A program made the position numbers and the translations under genes. The notes beneath the pieces were generated by a model. It was not told the origin of the DNA and made no database searches. It saw only the letters and a program-made list of their open reading frames with translations. From Vulcanimicrobiota bacterium (lineage in GTDB: Bacteria; Vulcanimicrobiota; Xenobia; Xenobiales; JADMJV01): a stretch of 64,000 nt of DNA. Below, piece by piece: positions 25,456-34,087 of the stretch; position 1 is the first letter of the stretch, and each line of letters opens with the position of its first letter. The stretch is taken from the NCBI GenBank assembly GCA_050250895.1, contig JBFWNU010000003.1, positions 288,001-352,000 on the forward strand, in the 5' to 3' direction.

Positions 25456-26384
25456 CTTGTCATCGTGCCTCTCTGAATGGTTGGTTGAGCGTCAGCGGCC
25501 GGAGTGGCCGGAACCTTGGCCGGACCGAGGGCCGGCTGACTGAAGACTCCATTGTAGTGGTCGGGGCCGTGGACCGAGTCAGGGTTGCCGCTTTGGGCCG
25601 CGTGGGGGTCGAGGATGATGACCAGCTTCGGGTTGCGAGTGGATTGCAGGGCGGCCATGTTGTGCTCGGTATTGCGCGTGCCGAGGGCCACGATCAAACC
25701 GGTCGTTCCGCCGACCAGGGTGCCCAGGGGGCCACCCAGTGCGGTTCCGCCGGCGGCCATCTTGACGATGATGATGCCACCGATGGGGGCACCGAAATAG
25801 GCTCCATACTGCCGTCCGGCTCCCGGGTCCCAGCTATAACTGTGGACTGTGAACGGATTGGAACCGCCGGTTTGAGGGCCGAGGACCTCGAGAGTCTTGT
25901 CGGACATGTCGGCACAACCGCGAGTGAACGTATCGCCGCTGAAGCTGTTGAAGAAGTTGCGCAGGCCTCCGGGAGCTCCGTCGAAGACGCGGGGATTGGC
26001 CTTGACGTAGCCGTTGATGCCGTTCTGGTATTTGGTCAGCAGGTCGCCCAGGTTGCCCAGTTCGGAAGGGGTCAGCTGGTTAAGCACGTTGTTCAGGGCG
26101 GGGTCGTTGTTGGCCTGGTTGGCAAGAGCTGCGATGGGCGAATCAGGGTGGTCTTTCACCCAATTGCTGAAGTCCCCAACCGACTCTTCATCGGCCGAGG
26201 CTCCGGGTTGGTCGGGAGTGTCGGGGTCGACCCGGCCTGGGTCAAGCGACGGCGGGGCCGAGATGCCGGTAGGCGTGGTGGTCGAGCTGCCCGGTGGACA
26301 GGTGCAGTTCGGGGGTTGGGCCCAGGCGATACCCAAGACTAGAATGAGTAGGCAGAGGGTCCATCGTCTGATCAGGTTTTGCAT
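25452..26384 (-). CDS. Hypothetical exported protein with possible Cys-His-Asp (papain/transglutaminase-like) triad and glycine zipper
   Basis: GGAGG RBS, signal peptide, RGCAD...EHN...ILDPH. Confidence 0.6.
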   Translation of the reverse strand: MQNLIRRWTLCLLILVLGIAWAQPPNCTCPPGSSTTTPTGISAPPSLDPGRVDPDTPDQPGASADEESVGDFSNWVKDHPDSPIAALANQANNDPALNNVLNQLTPSELGNLGDLLTKYQNGINGYVKANPRVFDGAPGGLRNFFNSFSGDTFTRGCADMSDKTLEVLGPQTGGSNPFTVHSYSWDPGAGRQYGAYFGAPIGGIIIVKMAAGGTALGGPLGTLVGGTTGLIVALGTRNTEHNMAALQSTRNPKLVIILDPHAAQSGNPDSVHGPDHYNGVFSQPALGPAKVPATPAADAQPTIQRGTMTR

Positions 26385-26483
26385 GGCTACCTCCAATGCT
26401 CCCACCTAATCTGTAGCAGAATTTGAGCGGAGGGAGTATGTCCGCGATCATTTCCAAGCCGGATTTTGGGGGGCACGGCCGCT

Positions 26484-28022
26484 TTACCCGGCCGCGTTTC
26501 GCGGTAGCCTGGCCGGGCGATAGCCGTTGGTGACCGGCATCAGGCGGCCGCCGCCGAAGGCGGTAACCGAAACCTTGAGCACGATCGGGCCCTGGCGGCG
26601 CTTGAGCTGATGGCGCTCGAGGCCCGGGTCGACGCGCCGCTCGGCGATGGTTGCCTCGATCCGCGGGGCCACCCGCGCGTAGTCGAAAGGGTCGACCTGC
26701 TCGGGCCGCAGTTCGGCGCTGGGAGGTCGCTCCAGGATGAAGTCGGGAATCACGGTGCGACGGGCCAGTTGATAGACCTGGGGCTTGGTGAGGTCACCCA
26801 GGGGGCTCAAGGTGCCGGCCAGGTCGCCATAAAGAGTGCCATAGCCCAGGCTCAACTCGGTCTTGTTGCTGGTGTTGAGCAGGGTACCTCCGAAGCGGTT
26901 GACATAAGCCATAAGAATGACCATGCGCAGGCGGGCCTGAACGTTCTCGGCTCCGGTGCCCTCGAGCAAGCCGTCGAGGCTGGCCTCGGCCGCCGCGTGC
27001 AGCGGCTCGAGCGATCGGACCTCGAATTTGATGCCGAGCCGGCGTGCGAGTTCGGCGGCCGATTCGGTCGAACGCGGGTCGTTGTGGCGCGATGGCAGGG
27101 CCACGGCCAGGACTCGCTCGGGTCCCACTGCGTCGGCAGCCAGGCAGGCGACCAGGGCCGAGTCGATCCCGCCCGACAGGCCCAGCACAGCGTAGTAGAG
27201 GCGATTCTTGTCAAGAAAGTCGCGCACTCCCAACTTGAGCGCCTGCCAGGTTCGGGCCTCCCAGCTGGGCTCGGGAAGGAGGCAGCAGGAGCCGGGTGTG
27301 ACGATCGTAATACACTCGTCGAATTGGTCCACCTGGTGCAGACTACCAGCCTGGTGGCAGAAGCTGCCTCCGTCAAAGATCAGCTCGTCTTGACCTCCCA
27401 CTGCGTTGACGTAGATCAGCGGCAACTTCTGACGGGCCGCCATTTCTAGCCGCCGCTGCTCGATACCCTGGCGATAGGGCGAGGCCGAGAGACAGACCAG
27501 GATCTCGGCTCCGGCGCGGGTCAGTTCGGCTCCGGGGTGGATGGTGTAACTCTCATCCCAGAGGTCTTCGCAGAGCAAGATTCCCAGGCGTTTTCCAGCC
27601 ACCTCGACCGGAGTGGTGGGAGGCCCCGGCTCGAACCAGCGAGGCTCATGGAAGACATCATAGCAGGGGAGTATCTGCTTGGCCCGGCGGGCCAGGATGT
27701 GGCCACCCTCGGCCACCACGGCCTGGTTGTAGAGGCCGGGCGAGTTGGGTCGAGCAAAGTCGGCCCGACCCAGGCTGCCCAAGATCATGGCCGGCCCTCC
27801 GGCCGTGGCCTCGGCCAGTTCGTGGTTGATGGCCTCGACGCGGGTCACCAGGGCGCTGTCGTAAACCAGGTCCAGCGGGGGGTAGCCGGTCACGATCATT
27901 TCGGGAAAGACCACCAGTTCCGCGCGACGTTCGGCAGCGTAGGCATAGGCCGCCAGTATGCGGGCGCGATTGCCCTCCAGGTCGCCTACACGGCTATTAA
28001 TCTGGGCGATGGCGATACGCAT
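26484..28022 (-). CDS. nadE: Glutamine-dependent NAD+ synthetase
   Basis: Nitrilase-like domain (FPE, K..LP.Y, CEDLW) plus synthetase (LGLSGGIDS, ENVQARLR, NKTE, GYGTLYGD, PPSAEL); AAGGAGG RBS. Confidence 0.93.
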   Translation of the reverse strand: MRIAIAQINSRVGDLEGNRARILAAYAYAAERRAELVVFPEMIVTGYPPLDLVYDSALVTRVEAINHELAEATAGGPAMILGSLGRADFARPNSPGLYNQAVVAEGGHILARRAKQILPCYDVFHEPRWFEPGPPTTPVEVAGKRLGILLCEDLWDESYTIHPGAELTRAGAEILVCLSASPYRQGIEQRRLEMAARQKLPLIYVNAVGGQDELIFDGGSFCHQAGSLHQVDQFDECITIVTPGSCCLLPEPSWEARTWQALKLGVRDFLDKNRLYYAVLGLSGGIDSALVACLAADAVGPERVLAVALPSRHNDPRSTESAAELARRLGIKFEVRSLEPLHAAAEASLDGLLEGTGAENVQARLRMVILMAYVNRFGGTLLNTSNKTELSLGYGTLYGDLAGTLSPLGDLTKPQVYQLARRTVIPDFILERPPSAELRPEQVDPFDYARVAPRIEATIAERRVDPGLERHQLKRRQGPIVLKVSVTAFGGGRLMPVTNGYRPARLPRNAAG

Positions 28023-28915
28023 GGGAGGACCTCCTTGGCCACTTCTTCCAGCAGGTTGAGGGCGGCCAGCACCGTGTCTCGGCGCAGGCAAACCTCGTCC
28101 CCGAGCATGAAGGTTCGATAGCCCAGCCCGATCAGATAAGCGGCGTCGCTGATATCGGCCGCGCTGGGCACGAGGTCGCTGGCCAGCGAGCCAAACAGGC
28201 GGCTGGCCACGATGGCGGTCGGGTCGGCCTCGATGACGGTTTTGAGGGCGGCCAGAATCCGGTGGGGCCGCATCACCTCGACAAAGAGATCGCCGCGGGC
28301 GGCCATCAGGCGCCCGTGGCCGGCACCCTCGCGGCGGGCCAGTTCAAGACCGGCCAGGCTCTCGATCTTGAGCACCACCTCGGCCTCGGGCAAGCGCCCT
28401 CGCACGGCCGCCACGTCCTGGCCAGACTGGGCGAAGCTAAGCATCACCCGCCGCAGTCCTAGTTCGCGCATAGCAGCCAGATAGCTCTCGTCGGTCGGGG
28501 TGAGCAGCCCCTCGACTTCAAGACTGGGGTCGACAAGGTTGACCGACTCGCCCGGACCGACCAGTCGCCGTGGGCCATCGGCCAGGATGAGCCGGTCGCC
28601 ATCCACCGCCACCACTCTGGCTCGCTCGCGACCATCGTTGAAGTAGGCGTCGCAGGGCGTGTTCACCTGCAGGCGATGGCTGACCCTCACTTCGGTGAAA
28701 GGCGGAACGGCCGCTCCCACCACCCGCAACTGGCGCGCTTTGAGATCGACCCACAGTGGTTGCCCAAACCCCGCCAACCGCTCGAGCACGGGAGCGGGCG
28801 GCCCGGCCAGCGGCATGACCGTGTTCAGGCGCAAACCGCCGACCAGGGGATGGGCGGCCACTTCCGCCACGAAGTCGGCATAAGGCGGCACGGTGACGAT
28901 GGCCGAGAGATTCAT
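27986..28915 (-). CDS. Truncated pyruvate-kinase-like protein (barrel plus B domain only)
   Basis: RLN, DLKARQLR, LSF, KIE, MAARGDLFVE, DISD, MLGDE match PK barrel motifs; 309 aa, no C domain. Confidence 0.75.
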   Translation of the reverse strand: MNLSAIVTVPPYADFVAEVAAHPLVGGLRLNTVMPLAGPPAPVLERLAGFGQPLWVDLKARQLRVVGAAVPPFTEVRVSHRLQVNTPCDAYFNDGRERARVVAVDGDRLILADGPRRLVGPGESVNLVDPSLEVEGLLTPTDESYLAAMRELGLRRVMLSFAQSGQDVAAVRGRLPEAEVVLKIESLAGLELARREGAGHGRLMAARGDLFVEVMRPHRILAALKTVIEADPTAIVASRLFGSLASDLVPSAADISDAAYLIGLGYRTFMLGDEVCLRRDTVLAALNLLEEVAKEVLPCVSPSPRLIAV

Positions 28916-29814
28916 CAGGCTGTCCGTCCGGTGTCGCGCATGACGCGGGTGATGCGGCGCTCGATCTTGGCGATGGCCGCCTCTTCCTGGCGGGCCGACA
29001 TGTTGACCTTGAAGTCGCCGAAGTGTCCCCAATGGCGAGCGATCAGGCCCATCGCATAGTCGACCGCCCGGGGCTCGTCGTGAATCTGGATAATCTTTTG
29101 CTCACCCACGGCCTGGCTCCACTGCTTGTCGACCTTGTCGCCTTTGCGACCGGCTCGGCGCAAGAACCAGGTGTCCCAGGTGCGGGCCACCTGTTGCCAT
29201 GTCTTGATCGAGTCCTGGTTCTGAGACTCGCGAGCACCCAGGATGTCGGTCAACTCGCTGGCCTTGATCTTGGCATGCATGGTGGCGTCACCAAAGACGA
29301 TGAGGAAAGGCTTCTCGCCGGTCTTCTTGATGCTCACATGGTTGGCCAGCCACCAGGCGAAGAGGCCGTAGCTCTCGGGCTCGTCGCCGCCGCCGCCTTC
29401 GCCGTAGAGCGACTTGAGTTCGGTTTCTAGGGCGAAGCCTTTGGCAAAGCGGGTTACCTGCAAAGGCCAGCGGTCGCAGTGAGCGTCACCGATGGCGGCA
29501 AAGCAGATCTCGAGGTCGGGTCGATACTGAGAGAGGGTGTTGTAGACCAGCGGTAGGCGGTCAAAAATCTCGGCCGGCCACCCGGCCATCGAGCCGGTGA
29601 CATCGACGGCGATGACCAGCGGAGTCTTGGTCTTCGGAGCCAGATGCTTCTTGGGGTCGATGAGGCTCTCGTCAGGTCCCCGGTGGTTGTAAGTACGCGG
29701 GCCGCGCGAAGCAGCTTCGCGGGCGTCTTTGGCGCGCTCGGCCTTGCGAGCGGAGTCGAATCGATAGGCGCCCGGTCGGGCCCAGTCTTCCATAGAATCT
29801 CCCCAAGAATACAT
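28915..29814 (-). CDS. vWA-domain protein
   Basis: MIDAS-like IAVDVTGSM, GEGGGGDEPESY, FLIVFGD. Confidence 0.8.
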   Translation of the reverse strand: MYSWGDSMEDWARPGAYRFDSARKAERAKDAREAASRGPRTYNHRGPDESLIDPKKHLAPKTKTPLVIAVDVTGSMAGWPAEIFDRLPLVYNTLSQYRPDLEICFAAIGDAHCDRWPLQVTRFAKGFALETELKSLYGEGGGGDEPESYGLFAWWLANHVSIKKTGEKPFLIVFGDATMHAKIKASELTDILGARESQNQDSIKTWQQVARTWDTWFLRRAGRKGDKVDKQWSQAVGEQKIIQIHDEPRAVDYAMGLIARHWGHFGDFKVNMSARQEEAAIAKIERRITRVMRDTGRTA

Positions 29815-29824
29815 GGTAGCCTCC

Positions 29825-29870
29825 TAGGTGTAGTGTCTACACTTAATAATAGTGTATAGCAAACACTATT
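29825..29870. promoter_or_regulatory. Tandem palindromic operators with GT-N7-AC core (NrtR-like)
   Basis: TAGGTGT-AGTGTCT-ACACTTA (29825-29845) and perfect AATAGTGT-ATAGCAA-ACACTATT (29848-29870). Confidence 0.65.
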
Positions 29871-30591
29871 TCAAGAGGTGGCGTTCAAAAATCTTGAGGG
29901 GGTCGTCTTTGTCCCAGCGGGGACGGCGTTCTGGCTCCTTTCGGCTGAGACTGACCAAAAGCGCAAGCAGCGGCTCGGGCACGCCCTCGGGGAGGATGCG
30001 CCGCTCGATGTCACCACCCATGGCATAAAGAAGCGAGACGGCCAGCGAGTAGAGGTCGGACTCAGGTAGGGGAGGCGCGCCGGCGGCCACCTCGGGAGCC
30101 ACGAACAGGGGCGTGAAGCCGGCCGCGCTCGAGCCCCGGCGCGGCTTGACGGTGGAGACTCCGAAGTCGACCAGGACCACCCCATGCCGGTCGGGCTCGA
30201 GGAGGATGTTCTCGGGCTTGATGTCGTTGTGCACGATACCCCGATGGTGCAGCAGCCGCAGGGCTCGCAGCAGCCGCCCCAGGACCTGCACGGCCACGGC
30301 CGAATCGATGGGGAGCATGGCTTCCAGGGTGGCTCCTTCGACGAATCGCATGACCAGTGCCAGTCGGCCGTCATCGAGGCGAAACACCTCGCGCAAAGTA
30401 GGCAAGCTAGGATGGTGCAGGTCCCAGAGTATTCTGGCTTCGGCCAGAAACAGGTCGCTGTGGGCGGTCGTGTTGGCCACCTTGATGCAGGCGCGGGTCT
30501 TGAGCAACCGATGGACGGCCTCATAGGTGGTAGCAAATCCGCCCGCTCCCAGCTCGCGCACCAGGTCATAGTTGCCGAGCTTCGCTAGCAC
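29866..30591 (-). CDS. Stand-alone Ser/Thr protein kinase
   Basis: LGAGGFATTY, IK, HNDIKPENI, DFG, APE, SDLYSL. Confidence 0.9.
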   Translation of the reverse strand: MLAKLGNYDLVRELGAGGFATTYEAVHRLLKTRACIKVANTTAHSDLFLAEARILWDLHHPSLPTLREVFRLDDGRLALVMRFVEGATLEAMLPIDSAVAVQVLGRLLRALRLLHHRGIVHNDIKPENILLEPDRHGVVLVDFGVSTVKPRRGSSAAGFTPLFVAPEVAAGAPPLPESDLYSLAVSLLYAMGGDIERRILPEGVPEPLLALLVSLSRKEPERRPRWDKDDPLKIFERHLLK

Positions 30592-31109
30592 CCGAACTGC
30601 TCGCGATAGCGCCGGTCGAGACCGTTGTCGGTGAGATACTTTTCAATGCAACCGGGAACCAGATGCTGCCATGGCTCGCCAAGGAGCATGGCTTGGCGGA
30701 CCATGGTGGCGTTGATGGGTTGGCGCTGCTCCTCGGGCACCAGATGGACCGGGTGAACCACCTGATAGTCCTCCAGCAGCAGGCTGCGCACGTAGCCGTT
30801 GGCGGTGATGAACAGATCGAGGGGACCGAGCCGCTCCACCACCATCTGGCGCCAGCGTGGCCCGTGGCCAAGATCGGGAAACTCCTCCACCTCGAAGTCG
30901 TGACCGGCTAGCACGAGCTCGAGCATGCGCCTGGTTTCGGCCACCGTGAAAGGGTTGTCGCGGTCGTAGCGATTGCTGCTGCCGATGCCGATGACCACCT
31001 GGTCGGCGTAGTCGACCAGGGCCTGCAAGACAGCCTGATGGCCGAGGTGGACGGGCTTCCAGCGGGCGATCATGGCTAACCGCCCCACGTGGGCCGGAAG
31101 AATGTTCAT
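30585..31109 (-). CDS. NMN/NaMN adenylyltransferase (NadM-like)
   Basis: ARWKPVHLGH (HxGH), IGIGSSN...NPFT, INATMVR. Confidence 0.8.
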   Translation of the reverse strand: MNILPAHVGRLAMIARWKPVHLGHQAVLQALVDYADQVVIGIGSSNRYDRDNPFTVAETRRMLELVLAGHDFEVEEFPDLGHGPRWRQMVVERLGPLDLFITANGYVRSLLLEDYQVVHPVHLVPEEQRQPINATMVRQAMLLGEPWQHLVPGCIEKYLTDNGLDRRYREQFGC

Positions 31110-31112
31110 TGG

Positions 31113-31472
31113 CTACTTGTGGGCCTGGATGGTGACCTCGAAGTTGGCCTCACGCTCGGCCGTCAACACCACCGTATAGGTGCCCGCGCGCAGTGGCTTG
31201 AGCAGCAGTTTGCGATAGCCGTAGGGGTCGAGGCGGCCGCTGCCGGCCAGGTTGCCGTCGGGGTCGGTGACCTCGAAGTTGGCCGACTTTTGCGAACTTC
31301 TGAAATAGACCCACAGCTCTTGCCCAGGCGCGCCTTCGACCACGAAGACCTGCATCGACCCCGGCACCAGATGGCCCGTGAACGTGCCCCCGTCAGCCGG
31401 CACCGTGGTCGCCGTCTGGGCCATCGCGGCCAGGCTCAGTAGTAAGGATAGCAAAGTGAGTTGAAGTCGCAT
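31113..31472 (-). CDS. Small exported PPC-like beta-sandwich protein
   Basis: GAGG RBS, signal peptide, VTDPDG and AGTYTVVL motifs. Confidence 0.6.
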   Translation of the reverse strand: MRLQLTLLSLLLSLAAMAQTATTVPADGGTFTGHLVPGSMQVFVVEGAPGQELWVYFRSSQKSANFEVTDPDGNLAGSGRLDPYGYRKLLLKPLRAGTYTVVLTAEREANFEVTIQAHK

Positions 31473-31571
31473 GTTCGTGTCCTCTCGCCAGTAGTTTCCC
31501 ACCGATGCGCCCGCCAACCTGCACTTGCCGACGACCGGTCGCGGGTCGTGGCTCACCGGTTGCCTGCCCAC

Positions 31572-31587
31572 ACTTCCGCGCGGAAGT
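31572..31587. repeat. Solo REP-like palindrome ACTTCCGCGCGGAAGT
   Basis: Perfect 16-bp palindrome of the same family as the 46.6-47.8 kb array. Confidence 0.7.
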
Positions 31588-31802
31588 CAGGATGCGTTTC
31601 GAGGACTGGCGCGTTTGTGTCCTGGAAGTCTTGGACTGCAATCGCAAGCGATGGTCCTTCTGGCTCGTTCGAGCGGAGGCTGTGCAGGCATTGGTCGGGG
31701 GGGTCTGGCGCGGTCTACTGCGGCTGTCGACCCAGTTTCTTGTCCGTCCTCAGGCCCGTGGAGCCGTTCTATCGGTGCCATGGCCCAAAAAGAACCCTAG
31801 TT

Positions 31803-33386
31803 TCATGACGCTTCGCTGACCACCCCGTAGGCCCTCATGGAATGTAACCACCAGCGATCCCGCAAGAGCAACGAGAGCGCACAACCAACCCAGTGATGCC
31901 CTAACTCGTCGAAGCGACGGGGTGCATACTCGCTGTGTAGTCTCGCATTCATCCACCCGTCCTCACCTCGCCAGGTCTTCGAATAGTCGCTGAATGAACT
32001 TGACACGCACCCCTCAGCTATGCCTACTTGCAGCTCCTCTGGGGAGCGAACAGGAACCATCCGGAGTGGCACCACATCAGCAGCGTCAAATTCACGAACC
32101 GCAGCATCATAGAGGGAACGGAAACCCAATAAGGAGCAGCTATCAAGGATGGCTGCTGCCAGGACACTGTGGCTGGACTTCTCAATGCCATGATACTCGA
32201 CGCTGGCTCCAATTGACCGCCACATCAGATCTGTCGCGCTGGCGCGAACAGCAGACAGACCAAGACCATCGTCATCGTACGCGGTCCGAATCCAGTCCAC
32301 GACTGCCTCCAGCCAGGGCTCAATCCCTGTAATACCGAGCTCGTGACTCGCCAGGGCCACCACTAGAACCGTAGGCGCAAAGTCGTCAGAGATCGGTCGC
32401 GACACGGTAGGGAGGCCCAGCAGATAATTAAGAAACTCCCCAATCACGGCTCGTTCATCAGCAGTCCATAATCCGTTGCAGAGGGTCGACAATGCGAGAA
32501 CTTCGGCCATGTACAACAGCCTCGAACCCGCGGTGACGACCTCTAAGCAAGATAGGTCGCAAACGGCATACTTCCGCATCTCCGGTGAAACACCGGTCCA
32601 CCACTGCACCACAGGTCGAGCCAGGTGGCTGAGTTCTTGCTTCAGGAGAGCGAACATGAGTTCTGTATCCCCGCTGTCCAGACCATGTTCCTGCTGGGCC
32701 ACGACAGCCCGTACGAGGCCATAGAAGAGCCTAATCGCGTGAAGATACAGTTGACGACGGATCAAGTGGTCGCGCATCAGCGAGTATTCTAGCGTGCTCA
32801 ACCAGATGTTGTTGGAGCCGTCGCCAAGCCACTCCCGGGAGAAGACCTCAAGCTCGCTCAACCCGGTTTCCCCGGAACTGCACCGACTCAGCAGGTTGCC
32901 AAGAGTCGCCCAATCAGAATAACCCCCGAGGCAGGTTTCTGCCGTTAGATACTCCAGGAGGTTCTCCCGAGACCAGAAGGACAGATCCGGTAGGTTTCTT
33001 CGAGCGAGGGAATCCCGGTAACCTTGAGCAGTCACCGCCGCTTGACCCTTGAACCTTCCTGTGAAAACGGCCACGGCCTGCTTGCTCAGGTTGACGTCGA
33101 TGTTCGGGTGACCGATGGTCACAGTCAACATCTCCTCACACTGAGGTTGGAGTTCCTGCCGCCAGACGGTTGTTCCGACATCTCCCAGTTTGCTCTGGAA
33201 GAGGTATTGAACGGTCTCACCTTCGTCTTCCCGTTTAGCGATGAAATCCTTACCGAATTCATACCGGCCATGAGTGAACTGAATGTCGTAAAATCCCTGG
33301 GAGCGAAGCATTGCCAAAAAGGGAACATCGAATTCTCGCTCGGTTCCGAGTTGGTCCAGGAATTCGCTAACGGCGCTTTCGAGCAC
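31803..33386 (-). CDS. Mrr-like PD-(D/E)XK endonuclease with long helical C-terminal region
   Basis: EREF...LRSQGF...HGRYEFGKDFIA...FQSK (D...QxK); lower GC. Confidence 0.75.
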   Translation of the reverse strand: MLESAVSEFLDQLGTEREFDVPFLAMLRSQGFYDIQFTHGRYEFGKDFIAKREDEGETVQYLFQSKLGDVGTTVWRQELQPQCEEMLTVTIGHPNIDVNLSKQAVAVFTGRFKGQAAVTAQGYRDSLARRNLPDLSFWSRENLLEYLTAETCLGGYSDWATLGNLLSRCSSGETGLSELEVFSREWLGDGSNNIWLSTLEYSLMRDHLIRRQLYLHAIRLFYGLVRAVVAQQEHGLDSGDTELMFALLKQELSHLARPVVQWWTGVSPEMRKYAVCDLSCLEVVTAGSRLLYMAEVLALSTLCNGLWTADERAVIGEFLNYLLGLPTVSRPISDDFAPTVLVVALASHELGITGIEPWLEAVVDWIRTAYDDDGLGLSAVRASATDLMWRSIGASVEYHGIEKSSHSVLAAAILDSCSLLGFRSLYDAAVREFDAADVVPLRMVPVRSPEELQVGIAEGCVSSSFSDYSKTWRGEDGWMNARLHSEYAPRRFDELGHHWVGCALSLLLRDRWWLHSMRAYGVVSEAS

Positions 33387-34029
33387 GCCATTCCTCCCAT
33401 TTTCTCTCGATGATTGCCTCTAGACGCTCCTGCTGCTCGGGCGTCAGCGGAGGCAGTGGCTCGTCAATCCCGGGCCCGATGAGATGCAACTCAGTCTTGA
33501 TTGTTCCATTCTCGTGGAAGTCGATCCGAAGGCCATCCAACATGTCCAGGACCATCTCGTTGTCCAGTGGCCGTCCACCCTCAACAACCTGGCCGGTGGC
33601 CGTACAAGTCTCCTTCATGACCTCCATGACGTGGCGCTCGAGTGCCCTCGCGTTCTCTTCGGCCTGCGAACCGATCTGGACCGCAAAGGTGTCGTGATTC
33701 CCGGCTAACACGTCGTCGTTGGTGACGTTTAGGTCCCATCCAATCGCGACCGTCCCCGTCGCACTTTCCGATGTCTTGCCGGGCAGAACGTTCCTGATGA
33801 GCTGGTCCCGCTCCACGAATTGGATGTGCTTGAGAAGACTCGAGCTCTCCCTCTTGACAATCCTCATCATTTGGGAAACCGTGTCGTGGCCTGCTCGCTC
33901 ATAGTCCGGCAATCGAAAATTTCGCACGAAATGCTGGGCTGGAAGCGATATCACGGCTTGCGGACAGCACTCGCACTCGGCATTTGTAAGGGAAGCATCC
34001 GTGGCTCTATATGAGGATGGCGACGACAT
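33367..34029 (-). CDS. Hypothetical protein resembling a truncated HK97-fold capsid protein (true start possibly the GTG near 33927)
   Basis: VTNDDVLAGNHDTFAVQIGSQAEENARALERHVMEVM and LHLIGP recall capsid P/A-domain motifs; overlaps the downstream nuclease by 20 nt. Confidence 0.55.
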   Translation of the reverse strand: MSSPSSYRATDASLTNAECECCPQAVISLPAQHFVRNFRLPDYERAGHDTVSQMMRIVKRESSSLLKHIQFVERDQLIRNVLPGKTSESATGTVAIGWDLNVTNDDVLAGNHDTFAVQIGSQAEENARALERHVMEVMKETCTATGQVVEGGRPLDNEMVLDMLDGLRIDFHENGTIKTELHLIGPGIDEPLPPLTPEQQERLEAIIERKWEEWRARKRR

Positions 34030-34087
34030 GTTCTTGAGACTTATTCACTGACTCCCAAAGGGATTCCCCTCGAACAGTTGTCCGGGG

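Noticed and set aside
28915-30591. TerY-P triad
   Set aside because: vWA and kinase are present but there is no PP2C phosphatase, and the context is NAD synthesis
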